From Alphaproteobacteria bacterium (GTDB lineage Bacteria; Pseudomonadota; Alphaproteobacteria; JABAAW01; JAHZMA01), in NCBI GenBank assembly GCA_965205905.1, contig CBDBHZ010000012.1, positions 79,528-143,527 of the forward strand: a DNA stretch of 64,000 nt, in the 5' to 3' direction. Position numbers and translations under genes: made by a program. Positions 40,901 through 51,300 of the stretch are shown here, piece after piece (the first letter of the stretch is position 1; each line of letters begins with the position of its first letter). Under the pieces are notes generated by a model, which saw only the letters and a program-made list of their open reading frames with translations, was not told where the DNA came from and did no database searches.

Positions 40901-42380
40901 TGATAATAAAAAATATAGCACGACTGCAACTGGAGATAATAATAAATTGAACGATAGTTGGACTGTTGATGCAGGCATTCATAATAGTCCCGATGATTTT
41001 AAATTCACCCAGAAGGCTGTGCCTGATGACTACAATAGCTTCGACTTTGCCCCTAGCTATATGGCATGGCTTAATTGGCACTCCTATGAATATGGCTATG
41101 TTGACGATGGTTATGCTGTTACTGGTTTTGAAACGGCTGATATTCCTACCGTTACGGGCATAACCAGTTTTACAGGCAAAGGGCAAGGGGAGTTGAATGA
41201 TGATACTTATTTACTTATAGCTGCTGATGTTAATTTTAACAGCCTTCAAGTAAAACTATCAGCCACACATGAAGGTTATCTTAGCGAGCTTGATTTCACA
41301 GGTATATTAAGCTATGTAGCAGATAAAAATCTGTTTGCAGGTGATATTACAACCACAGGTGGCATTTATTTCTCAAAAATGTTTGGCACAGCCGAAGCCA
41401 GACTTTACGGACCCAATGCTGAAGAATTTGGTGGCACATTTGCTTTACAAAATGATGATTTTGCCTATATTGGTTGGTTTGGGGCGATACGACCTGCGGG
41501 AACTCTTACCAATCAAGCACCAGTGGCTGACTTTGAACAAGATAAAACAACCTCCACTCCCACCACTGCGCCTGCGGTTTTCAACCAAAACAATCTCACT
41601 AGCTTGAGTGATGATGCCCGTATCGGCACAAAAGGTAATAAATTACTTGGCATGGTAACCACGCTCACCAAAGCAAGCGATAATACAGTTACCAATGGCG
41701 GTATCACCTCTGCCGCAGCTGAACTTTCTTATGCTGATGATGCTAAATTTAATGGTTTAACTCTCTATCTGCCTGATAGAAAATATAGCACAACCGATGA
41801 AATTGATACGGATAATTATATTTATGATAATACGCCCAGTGCTGATGACGGGCATGATACACCGAACACCTTTGGGTTAAGCAAATCTGCCTCGCCTTTC
41901 TCGTTTGCCGCAGATTATATGGCACGCATTTACTGGCGATTAGATAAAGCGAGTCATGGTTATGATGGCTATGGTTACGCCATCACTGGTTTTGAAACTG
42001 ATAGCAATAATATCCCCACCACTGGCGGAGCTACATTCACAGGCAAAGGCGAAGGGCAATATTATAGTAATAATAGCAGTAAGAAATATTTTACTGTAAC
42101 CGCCACTGCTAATTTTGCCACCCGCAATATCAACCTAGCAACCACGCATACTGATACGAACTATAGTTATCTTAACCTAACAGGCACTTTAAACTATGCG
42201 GAAGATACAAACGCCATCACTGGCGCGGTTGAAACCGTTGGCACTGGCACGGAAGCATCAAAACTGAAAGGCACGGCAGAAGCCAGATTTTACGGGCCAG
42301 CGGCAGAAGAATTAGGCGGGGTATTCAGCGTTAGCAATGAAAATGCAGGCTATATCGGCTATTTCGGAGCGAGGAAATAA
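31938..42380 (+). CDS. Giant surface lipoprotein 3 (3480 aa): lipobox FLNGC|ST, ~7 type-1 + 4 type-2 TbpB-like lobe modules
   Basis: Start MNKYFYIITLLMVSVFLNGCSTERGGSG... The YYYGAFG marker recurs at ~33010, 34011, 34944, 35834, 36854, 37880 and 38925. Type-2 module ends (AYVGYFGASK, AYIGYFGLSQK, AYIGWFGAIRP, GYIGYFGARK) fall at ~39790, 40630, 41470 and 42350. Each module carries a conserved Cys pair (e.g. NTCKAGDDAKCD). Confidence 0.85.
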   Translation: MNKYFYIITLLMVSVFLNGCSTERGGSGIVSSGVVSDDVFIADSIKKDETDEVFATVTPYGSLTAASADIENTDDKIFTLQGLAVQGGEVTNYTAGGDFGWSQDGETSITVATITAPAVSLTFDGNGKMSAVKAYFADKTYEVSANGNDSAMQISATNITSGAQTDATIATLTVDRDEVFGFDSNYMAYIGWNLERTQGDANRLDSLGSGKDRAYSINGNMIVGIETDDVSIPRNGEVSFIGKGRGYYSHVDKGISSHATIFDVTTDVDFSTQTINVNSANTMQCGNSIDVSSCKTAVGALEFSTQETFVYITNNKIGFRGDVSLKSDSSFTGTIDARFYGSRAQELGSIFAMRDETGGYYYGAFGGEREGVEAPSVFNTAIGDEALIVAEEIKIDNKITNNLPVNSLTAVADAGDGNAFTMRALTVYKDDTTDYIRAPNRDWARADTARMVGLTQLSGAAASLTFDAAGKISGVTAYLNSKTYTVNVIDDTLTPTATMFSASINGADKDARTTNITVDRGDKFFGFDSNYMAHISWNLEKTDDKLTTDMLDVYDDIYHISGAMLAGIETDDADIHLFGNQVSFNGKGRGTYGDLDGSYDTIFDITAIVNFSARNLLLASSNTCKATDCENEAMRDLDFSISSAPIFYNSNNISANINDADFGSVALDARFYGGDAWEFGGTFAITYATNNSYYYGAFGALRKGITAPSIFDATIDSETVKLPDNVTAPFIPIDIATNNPYESLTAIAGTDKRVVLNALSVYKDDTTIYTRAPKRDWATDADKVTTTSILRLTDSVASLVFTGDNKGETLYVNDVYTNDNATITVDRSKVFVFGSSYMAYISWGIDNEFDNDNTGLTGEVVDISGKMLAGIETNDMNIALTGEVSFNGKGRGTYGNADEEIYDTVFDVRAGVDFVAKNVTIWSENTCKAGDDAKCDVGGADRRDFLDFTSAILSYADGESNAVNHISGAVHADGLAGTIDARFYGGATEEFGGTFALTNLSNYYYGVFGALRGGIAASTIFDNNIVDETVTLPADVTISTTHNSLTAVAKASGTNSLTMKSLAFYQKDTTDYTRAEGREWSTADEQKTSSMVRLLDSAASLSFDGGDVSAVTVYLSGTNHTADASKVKRAADFFGFDSNYMAYISWDIDNHFDDDSEGLEASVVDSNGVMLAGIETASLLDITAGTVDFIGKGQGSYGDADTSYDTIFNVIASVDFAANNVTIRSENTCKAVENADCGESGTDRVNGLNVNTVAIGYAANSISIRNLNVKDMDGALDARFYGDATREFGGTFAFASNISYYYGAFGAERDGVAAPIILNVANNVSVTLPNDVNISTTYNSLADVADSISLADIYYGIVTKSITMNALSAYHDDTTLYTRASTDKVWTTKADKAQTIDIKSFRGAAASLIFDSDGNISGVTAYLNGRTYISDVIDGTLTATSFEASITGADSDASTATITVDRSALFGFASNDMVYISWNLEKTESALDNTIEDSISSNTGAMIAGIKTYELNSVKFLKDITFSGKGRGTYGTVENNELKGYNTVFDVIVDVNLANARKATIRSEKTCEAVDNPDCADGGANRKDFLNFSTGEIAYTGNSISGDVALGSSNLFKGTLDARFYGYVRHEIGGTFSLANSNSYYYGAFGSKRDAVYQFDLNASQVELPVGVVAKQNVAIPDASIYHAISDKSGTEDRLFTMKALSVGVFAYTNYARSPNYEAWEISDRDKYVQLARFENSFASLTIDGSGNLSNIEAYTKAGFANLSYTGSSSSLNQTTLSSDINNFRGSFAWYETDSTTINVSRDTSLFGFEATDMVYISWNIVEKLGNYEKRDRQQKRHGMMIAGIESELAQIPTIESVTFSGKGRGYYANLKTETGFHTIFNVTAQVNFANKSLFISSDAPQRCTDVEDASTCTGSGLNGFNAINIQFLANNISGDIAMASSGTIPRLSGKFDARFYGDAAHKLGGTFALSDNDGDSDNTRYYYGAFGAQRLDAITQFKFDETLAEESGPKSTLAYLTDNQTEYDSLHAVAVTDGSNSFTTNGSAVYQSNHIDYARIANKQWGDASTDTDHNINLGRLSDVGASINFDANGNISGFATYLSINPYIATNIYTITVDNPVSNTDVVSQNITATDTPDDAITGVMNLYRGQSFFGFNSYYMAYIDWQVTRDFTDLGTGTTDKSYDYSGAMLTGIETEDVRIFNLTEGIFDFKGKGRGVYHNTDTGKGGQTIFDVTANVDFATKKLTINSSNSIVCLDINNIGTCTSNHNIGEFSNGSTPISYIGNNINGAVTATIGNASLSGTLDARFYGVSPYGSGAYELGGTFAMTGGDYYYYGAFGAERIYTSVENVATTHSETPSSSDFNKHTLTGFNANNLAGKTGNALPANAVQITEYDSDQKILTENIMGAVVEFDYDGDSEFSKLTLYFDDKKYITDGYPNTDSLYIKDDSPSGGAYSIFFRRDYIFGSTKNYMAGVAWSVSVDDYPEYYTASYAVTGFETVTIPGSDMIVFTGEGRGYYSTSQGLGETSSYVFFDVTANIDFSNRKVYLFASDTYHFPQLDFTGQLSYQAGTNNISGAIETIGDGYTNLTGTADAKFYGTGADSATEFGGTFSLYNEQSAYVGYFGASKFIDNIITTTITTPALNQHNLTGFYDGNRTSKTNNALKASTVQITKQKSGDEEITNDRITGAVFEFDYDADGDFVGIHHYLADKKYSRTSSNGGETRLEWGTVTTSNGDKLNNFAFNTEGRYMARVKWRLLEEEYTYRTYAYGFTGYETNSIPTTGAVRFAGEGQGQYYSTDDYPDEIYFDVIANVDFSNHNITLLVGELLFGNEIDQSHHLDFTANLSYQAGTNLIKGAGVTIGDEYGNNKLIGTVEAKFYGPNAVEFGGTFSLSNDDTAYIGYFGLSQKYTLSHQTLATTFPNVPTAPATSITGFDDTNRNNTSNHTLNSTVVQMISNPADKITTQSNITGAVIQFDYDSNANFNGVRFYFDNKKYSTTATGDNNKLNDSWTVDAGIHNSPDDFKFTQKAVPDDYNSFDFAPSYMAWLNWHSYEYGYVDDGYAVTGFETADIPTVTGITSFTGKGQGELNDDTYLLIAADVNFNSLQVKLSATHEGYLSELDFTGILSYVADKNLFAGDITTTGGIYFSKMFGTAEARLYGPNAEEFGGTFALQNDDFAYIGWFGAIRPAGTLTNQAPVADFEQDKTTSTPTTAPAVFNQNNLTSLSDDARIGTKGNKLLGMVTTLTKASDNTVTNGGITSAAAELSYADDAKFNGLTLYLPDRKYSTTDEIDTDNYIYDNTPSADDGHDTPNTFGLSKSASPFSFAADYMARIYWRLDKASHGYDGYGYAITGFETDSNNIPTTGGATFTGKGEGQYYSNNSSKKYFTVTATANFATRNINLATTHTDTNYSYLNLTGTLNYAEDTNAITGAVETVGTGTEASKLKGTAEARFYGPAAEELGGVFSVSNENAGYIGYFGARK
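32100..38960 (+). repeat. Intragenic tandem array of ~7 type-1 lobe modules in giant gene 3 (period ~900-1050 bp), followed by 4 type-2 modules to 42380
   Basis: Motif periodicity read from the translation. Boundaries are approximate. Confidence 0.65.
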
Positions 42381-42384
42381 CATC

Positions 42385-45300
42385 ATGAACAAATATTTTT
42401 CTATCATCACATTATTAATGGTTTCTATTTTTTTGAATGGCTGTAGCACAGAACGCGGTGGCAGTGGCATTGTGAGCTCTGGCGTTGTGAGCGATGATGT
42501 GTTTATCGCTGATAGCATTAAGAAAATCGATACTGATGGGACTTATACAACTGCTGCCCCCTATGCTTCTTTAACGGCAGCATCGGCTGATATTGATAAT
42601 CAAAACGATAAGATATTCACCTTGCAAGGGTTGGCGGTACAAGGTAGTCAGGTTACCAATTACACTGCCAGTGGTTCTTTGGGGTGGAATCAAGAGGGTG
42701 AGACAAGCATCACTGTTGCCACCATCACAGCGCCTGCTGTATCTCTTACTTTTGATGAAGATGGCATGATGTCGGAAGTAACCGCTTATTTTGCTGATAA
42801 AACCTATAAGTATGATATTGCGCTTGATGAGAGCGTGTCTGCATCTGCTACGCTTATAGATACAAAAGATATTACCAGTGGTGCACAAACCGATGCCACT
42901 ATCGCCACGCTTACTGTAGATAGAACCGAGATTTTCGGCTTTGCTGACAATCAAGGTAACGCACTTGAGTCGAATTATATGGCGTATATTGGCTGGAATT
43001 TTGAAAGAACGCAAGGCGACCCCAACCGATTAAGTTCGCTTAGCAGTGATAAAGATACGGCTTATAGTATTAATGGCAGTATGATTGCGGGCATTGAAAC
43101 AGCGAGTGCGAATATTCCTAGCAATGGTAAGGTGGAATTTATCGGCAAGGGACGTGGGTTTTACAGCCATGTTGATAAAGGCACAGCAAGCCATGCCACC
43201 ATATTTGATGTTACCACTGATGTTGATTTTGTTGCAAAAACAGTGGATGTTAATAGCAAGAATACCATGCGATGTAGTGATAAGAATAAAGCCAGTAGTT
43301 GCACAACTGCCCTAAATGGACTTAATTTTGGCACGACAGAAACATTCATTTACATTATCGGTGATGCGGTTGGTTTTCGTGGTGATGTTTCATTGAAAGC
43401 GAATAAAACTTTTACGGGTACAATTGATGCGCGTTTTTATGGTGGCAGAGCGCAAGAGCTAGGCAGTACATTTGCGATGCGTGATGAAACAGGTGGCTAT
43501 TATTATGGCGCATTTGGTGGTGAGCGAGAGGGGGTTGAAGCATCGCCTTTATTGGATGCCACAATAGCTGATGAGACGATAACGCTTCCAAATGATGTTA
43601 TCGCGCCATTGATTCCCATTGATATTACGACCGCCAACCCTTATGAAAATCTGACTGCTATTGCAGGCACTGATAAACGTGTGGTGCTGAATGCGTTATC
43701 GGTTTATCAAGATAATACCACGCAATATATACGGACACTGAATCGGGATTGGGCAACAGATGCTGATAAGGTAACAACAACCAGTATCGTCAGGCTTGCT
43801 GGCTCTGCGGCATCGCTTGTTTTTGCTGGCGATAATCAGGGTGCAACGCTTTACGCGAAAGAGATTTATACCAATGATGATGCGACTATTATTGTTGATA
43901 GAAGCACGATTTTTGGTTTTGGTTCTAGTTATATGGCCTATATCAGCTGGGATGATATAGATAATGAATTTGATAATGATAACACGGGCTTAACGGGTGA
44001 AGTTGTTGATATTAGTGGTAAGATGCTTGCTGGTATTGAGACCAATGATATGAATATCCCCTTAACTGGCGAGGTTTCCTTTAACGGCAAAGGGCGTGGC
44101 ACTTATGGCAATGTAACGACAAGCGAGGATACTGTGTTTGATATAACAGCAGAGGTTGATTTTGTTGGCAAGAATGTTACAACAATTAGTAGCAAGAACA
44201 CATGCAAAGCGTTTGATGGTGCTAAATGTGGCGTTGGTGGTTCTGATAGGCTTGATTTTCTCAATTTCACATCAGCGATATTAAGTTACGCTGATACAGA
44301 TAATGCGACAGTCAATCATATCAGCGGTGCTGTTCATGCAGATGGTTTGGCGGGCACGGTTGATGCACGTTTTTATGGTGGCGCAACCGAAGAATTTGGC
44401 GGTACATTCGCGCTTAACGATAGTTCAAATTATTATTATGGGGTGTTTGGTGCGTTGCGTGGTGGCATTGCTGCATCAACAATATTTGATAATAACATAG
44501 TTGACGAGACGGTAATGCTTCCAGCTGATGTTACCATCAGCACTGGCAATAATTTGCTTAATAATACGAATGATGGTGATATTGTAACGTTGAAAGTGCT
44601 ATCATTTTATCAAAATGATAGCACCGATTATACGCGGGCGGAAAATCGGGATTGGGGCACAGCGGATGAGCGAAAAACAACCAGCGTGGTCAGGATGCTA
44701 GGTTCTGCGGCATCGCTTAGTTTTGATGGTGGCGGTAATATATCAGGCGTAACGGCTTATTTGAAAGATTCCACGCACACGGCTGACCCAAGCAAAGTGA
44801 AGCGCGGGACTGATTTTTTCGGGTTTGATTCAAACTATATGGCTTATATCAGCTGGGATATAGATAATCATTTTGATGATGATAGCGAGGGTTTAAAGGC
44901 GCGCGTTGTTGATTCTAGCGGTGCGATGCTGGCGGGTATAGAAACGACTAATTTGCTAGATAATACAGCTGGCACGGTTGAATTTAAGGGCAGAGGGCAG
45001 GGTGCTTATGGCGATGCGGACGACGATTATGCCACCATCTTTGATGTAACCGCATCAGTTAATTTTGTTGATAATAATATAACGATTTACACTGAAAACA
45101 CGTGCCAAGCAGATGATTGCACGAAGCAGCCAGAGAATAGTCTTAATTTCAACACAGGCGCAATCGGTTTTGCTGATAATAGCATCAGCAAAAGGAACTT
45201 AAATGTAAAAGGGATGGATGGTGCGCTTGATGCCCGTTTTTATGGTGAGAAAACGCGTGAATTTGGCGGCACATTCGGGTTTGCCAGTAATTTAAGCTAT

Positions 45301-48300
45301 TATTATGGCGCGTTCGGTGCGGAACGTGATGGTGTTGTTGCGCCGATTACATTGACTACTTTTAACCCGAATGGCGCAAATGTTTCAACCATCAATACTG
45401 CTATTGCTGCCAATAATCCTTCTTTCAACTCCCTTACCGATGTGGTTGATGCAGGTGATGGCAATGCTTTCACGATGCGTGCGCTATCAGCCTATGAATA
45501 TGATAACACAACCTACACACGCGTGAGTAACAATAAAGAGTGGAGCAGCAAAGCCGATAAAGCGCAAAGCATTTATATTGTAGGGCTTTCAGGCGCGGGC
45601 GCCTCGCTCACTTTTGGTGGTGATGGCAATATATCGGGCGCAACCGCCTATTTGAACGGCATCACATATACAACCGCTGACCTTACGGTTGATAGAAGCA
45701 CGATTTTTGGCTTTGCCTCTCACAATATGGCTTATATCAGTTGGAATTTGCAGAAAGCTGAAAGCGCGCTTGATAATGAAAGCGATTATTTATACGATTT
45801 CATCTTTGACGATGCAGGTATGATGCTAGCGGGTGTTGAAACCGCTGAAACTGTTTACGATATGGATGGCGATGTTGAAACGGAAGGCAAAATTCTCACA
45901 TTCGCTGCGGCTGAATTTACGGGCAAGGGCAAAGGCACTTATGGTACGGTTACCAATAATGTTCTCACGGGCTACAATACCATCTTTGATGTGACCGCAT
46001 CAGTTGATTTTGAGGGTAGGGCGGTAACAATTCGCAGTGAAAATACTTGCGAGGCGGTTACAAACCCCGATTGCACAGATAATGGCGTGAATCGGCAAGA
46101 TTTTCTTGATTTAAGCACATCGGCTTTAAGTTTTGTCAGTGCTCCTGATATTTATGGAGATAGCGTTGCTGTCAACAGCATCAGCGGTGATGTTGCGCTT
46201 GATAGCAGTAATATATTTAAAGGCACGCTTGATGCCAGATTTTACGGCTATGCTGGGCGTGAATTTGGTGGCACATTCTCGCTTGCCAACGCCAGCAGCT
46301 ATTATTACGGTGCGTTTGGTGCCAAGCGCGAGACGGTTTACAAGTTTGCTTTGGATGATGCGAAGATTGCGGCACCTGATAGACGAGATGCTCAATTTAC
46401 GCTAGATGCTCCTGATGTTTCACTTCATCATGCGATTAACGATGCAAGCGCCACAGAAGATAGAGAGTTTACGATGAATGCATTGGTTGTCAGTGCAAAT
46501 AATTACACTGATTATGCGCGTGCGCCCGGTGAAGCATGGGAAACATCGAATAGAAATAAAAAGTTTAGTCTGGGAAGAGTTGCAGGGTCGCATATATCAC
46601 TTACCATTGATGAAGATGGCAAACTATCTTATATGGTTGCGCGCGAATTAGGCAGCGGCTCTCTCACTGATGATGGCAAAGGCGATCAAACTTTATCAGC
46701 AGTTGATAGAAATGAGACGAACACTAGTCTAGACATCATCAACATATCGCGCCGTGAAGAGATATTTGGTTTCGTGATGACTGATATGGTCTATATCGAT
46801 TGGAACAGGAGTAATAAATTGCTTGCAATCGGTGATCCCGAAACAGAAGCCTTTATAGGCGGAAATCATGGCATGATGATTGCGGGTATTGAAACTGATT
46901 ATGCACAGATGCCTACCGCAAACGCAGTTGTTACTTATTCTGATGATGATGAAGAAGATGATTATGATATAGGTAATGATCATTATGCTATTGCAGTTAA
47001 ATTTACGGGCAAAGGGCGCGGCTATTATGCAAATCTTAAAACTGAAACTGGTTTTCATACTATCTTTGATGTAACGGCGCATGTTGATTTTGTTAGTGAA
47101 TATATAACGATTGATAGCGGCGCCCCTCTTAAATGCACAGATGTGAATGATTCAAGCACATGCTCTGCTTCAGGGCTTACTGGTTTTTATGCGATTGATG
47201 ATATATATTATAATGCTAATGATATAAGCGTTGATATTGCGCTTGAAAATGATTATCAATTTCAAGGCACGCTTGATGCGCGCTTCTATGGCGATGGCGC
47301 GCATAAATTTGCTGGCACTTTTGCCATGAGTGATAGTGATAATACGCGTTATTATTATGGTGCGTTTGGCGCGCAGAGAGAAACGGCGATTGAAGAATTT
47401 AACTTTGATAAAACATTGGCTGAAGAATCAGGGCCTAAATCAACATTAGACTATCTTACAGTCAACCAAACGCCACATGAGTCGCTTCATGCAGTGGCGG
47501 TTGCTGATGGCAAGAATGGTTTCACCACGAAAGCTCTGGCAGTCTATCAAAGCAATCATAAAGATTATGCCAGAGTGCCAAATAAAGCTTGGGATGATGC
47601 CAGCACTGATAAAGACCATAATATTAATCTCGGCAAACTTAGCGGTGCTGGTGCAACCATTGTTTTTGATGAAAATGGTAATATTTCAGGCTTTGCCACC
47701 TATTTATCATCTAACCCCTATATTGCCACCAATATCTATACAATTACGGTGGAAAATCCTGTCTCTAACAGTGATGTGGTTTCGCAAAATATTACGGATA
47801 CCGATACTCCTGATGATACCTCTACGGGCGTGATGAATCTGTATCGTGGTGAAAGCTTTTTTGGCTTTAACTCAGAATATATGGCATATATTGATTGGCG
47901 GGTAACCAGAACATTTGCTGATTTGGGTGATGACACCATTGATAGAAGCTATGATTATAGCGGTGCCATGATTGCGGGCATAGAAACGACAGACACAAAG
48001 CTTTCTAATAATTCATCAGGTATAGTGAACTTTAAGGGCAGAGGGCGTGGCTCCTATTACAACACCAACACGGGCATTGGCGAGCAAACAATCTTTGATG
48101 TAACCGCTAAACTTGATTTTGGCAATAAAAATGTTACCATCAATAGTGCCAACACCATTGCCTGTGCTGATTTCAGCAATATTGGCACTTGTGGCATTTC
48201 TGATATTGGTGAGTTTTCTACGGGCATTATATCTTATAGGGACAATCTAATGTATTCTCATAGTGCTCATAATAATATCAGTGGCGCTGTTAAAGCCAAT

Positions 48301-51300
48301 ATCGGCGCTGCCACCTTAACAGGCACGCTTGATGCCCACTTTTATGGTAATAAGGGTGGAATTGGTTCAAATGAAATAGGTGGCACATTTACCATGAGTA
48401 ATGAGGCATATTATTATTATGGTGTATTTGGTGCAGAAGGACTTTATGTTAACGTGAATAACATTGATTCCACTGTTAGCACCGATGAGGAATTCACCCA
48501 AAATAGCACAACTATGACCGCGCCAATAAAAGACAATCTTAATATAAATGGTCTAACAAGCTTTAATGATGATGCCCGCAAAGGCAAAAATAATAACGCT
48601 TTTAAAGTATCAACTTTTACAACCATGAAAGCAAATGATAATCAAACTATGGATATTAATAAATTTTCTGATGCTGTGGTTAGTGTTGATTTTTTAGGTG
48701 GTGGTGGTTATGACGATGGTTATATGGGTGATTTTAGACTTTATTTTGATGATAAAAAATATGACACCACTATGCAAGACTCAAGTAAAAGATGGCGTAA
48801 CACGAACTATGTTTATGTAGCTTATCCATCAGATATTGACACTCACCAGATTATGTTAGACAGATCTGTAGGGGAACGGAATTTTGGTGCTGCTTTTCGT
48901 CCCGGCTTTACTCCCGATTATATGGCAAAAGTTGGATTTTTCACTCCGTCCGGCTATAGAGAGACTATAGGTTTTGGCATCATCGGCTTTGAAACTGCTG
49001 CTAACAATATGCCGATGGCAAGCAGTGCTGTATTTGCTGGCAGAGGGCGGGGGCACTACATGGATAATGGCGGTCAGGTGAACACATATTTTGATGTCGC
49101 CGTCAATGTTGATTTTAACATGCGTGATATTGAATTCTTTGCTATTAATACATGTAGCGATGATTCGTTTTTATTTTGCAGGCAAGGTGCTCATTCGGAA
49201 AAGCATTACTTGGATATGATAGCAAATTTAAGCTATACAGCGAGTAATAACACCATCAGCGGTGGTATTACAACTGCAGGCGGTGGGCTTAATGAAACAT
49301 TAACAGGCACCATCGATGCCAGTTTTTATGGCACAAAAGGCACAGGGTATGATAATGCGGCAAAAGAATTTGGTGGCACATTTCTTGTGAGTAATAATCG
49401 CGAAGCCTATGGCGGTTGGTTTGGCACTAGAAGAGTAGCAAGCATTGCGAACCTAGCAACCACTATTACGACGCCTACACTTAATCAACATAATCTAACA
49501 AGCTTTGATGATGCTAACGGTGCCAATACAACCGGCACCGCCCTTCCAGCAATGGCTGTGCAGATAACAAAACAGAAAATGGGTGATAAAACAATTACCA
49601 CCGACAAAATAACGACACCTGTGGTTGAAGTGAGTTTTGGTAATTATGATGAATTTTACACTTATCATGTTAATGATGAATCAGATAGTGGTTGGGGTCG
49701 GCTTAACGCTCCTGTATTCGCTGGCTTTAACATCTATTGGGCTGATAAAAAATATAGCACAACTGGCGCAAATAATAACAGCGCTAATCACATCAAACAC
49801 ATAAATTTTTATGATAATAGCATGCCTACTACCAGCGCTGGTGAGACACCTTCTGAGATTCGCCTCAGCAGATACAATGGATGGGCTGCTACCTACGACG
49901 GCAAAGGACATTATTTTGGGTTTCTTCCTAAATATATGGTAAGAATTAACTGGATGTTGGATGAGAATGCATATGAAGCTGAGGGGCATGGTATCGCTGG
50001 TTTTGAAACTGATGGTAGCAATATTCCGAGCGTGGGGCATATCGAATTTAAAGGCAGAGGGCATGGACGCTATTATTCTAACTCAAGTGCCGAGTATTTT
50101 TACTTTGATATAACCGCCAATGTTAATTTTGCCAGCCGTTATGTAACATTAGAAAGCTCAAATACATGCAATAAAGCTTACCGTTACAATGCAGCATGTT
50201 CGAATGCAAGTGCGCGGCGAGAAGATTTTGATTTTAATGGGATATTAAGTTACAAGGCAGGTGAAAATAAAATGAGTGGTGGGGTTACCAACTTTGTTGA
50301 GTCATCAAAATTATTTGGCACAGCTGAAGCAAGATTTTACGGACCAGAGTTTCAAGAATTTGGTGGCACATTTGCCATGCAAAATACCGATGCAGCCTAT
50401 GTCGGCTATTTCGCTACCGAACGAATTACCAGTGTTATCCCAACTTCGCCTACTCCCTCCAGCAACAGCAACCATAACAATCTTGTTAGCTTTACTGATG
50501 ATGCCCGTAACGATACAAGCGGTAATAAATTTATAGCCATCGCCACCAACATCACCAAACATAGCGATGGCACAATTACCAATGGCGATTTCACCACTGC
50601 CGCGGTTGAATTAGCCTATGATGCTGATGGAGATTTCAGTGATGCCAGTCTCTATTTGCCTGATAGAAAATATAGCACAACCGCTAGCAGTGTTGGCACA
50701 AGCGATGATATTACTGATAACGCGCCTGTTGTTGCTGATAACACTCATGATACACCTGCTACTTTATTGTTATCTAGAAATACCGATAAATTTACTTTTA
50801 CGCCTGAATATATGGCAAGTCTTTATTGGCGGGTAACTAAAGATGCTTACGAGACCAGTGGCTATGCGATGACTGGTTTTAAAACTGATGGCAATAATTT
50901 TTATAGCCATGGTGGTGTTAAGTTCTCAGGTGGTGGGGAAATGAGCTATTCTAGTAGCAGCAGTAACATTACGAGTTCGTTTTCTACAACTGCCAATGTT
51001 AATTTTATAGATTATAATATCAGTCTAACAACAGACCAGAATGATAACAATAATGATTTTCTCAATCTTACGGGCGATTTAAGCTATAATCCTAAAGTAA
51101 ACCGCCTTACTGGCACGGTTAAAACGGCGGGCAATGATAAAAATCATGATGCGCTTGACGGCACAGAATTATCAGGCACCGCAGATGCCAGATTTTATGG
51201 TCCCGATCTAGAAGAATTAGGTGGTATATTTAATGTCAGCAATGCTGATGCAAGCGCCGTTGGTTGGTTCGGGTTAGAAAAACTTGGTGAAACTTTTACT

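Noticed and set aside
42337-42384. Upstream extension MKMQAISAISERGNNI of track ORF 42337-52140
   Set aside because: It overlaps the 3' end of gene 3 in another frame. The paralogous signal peptide MNKYFSIITLL... starts at 42385 with a GAGGAA RBS.
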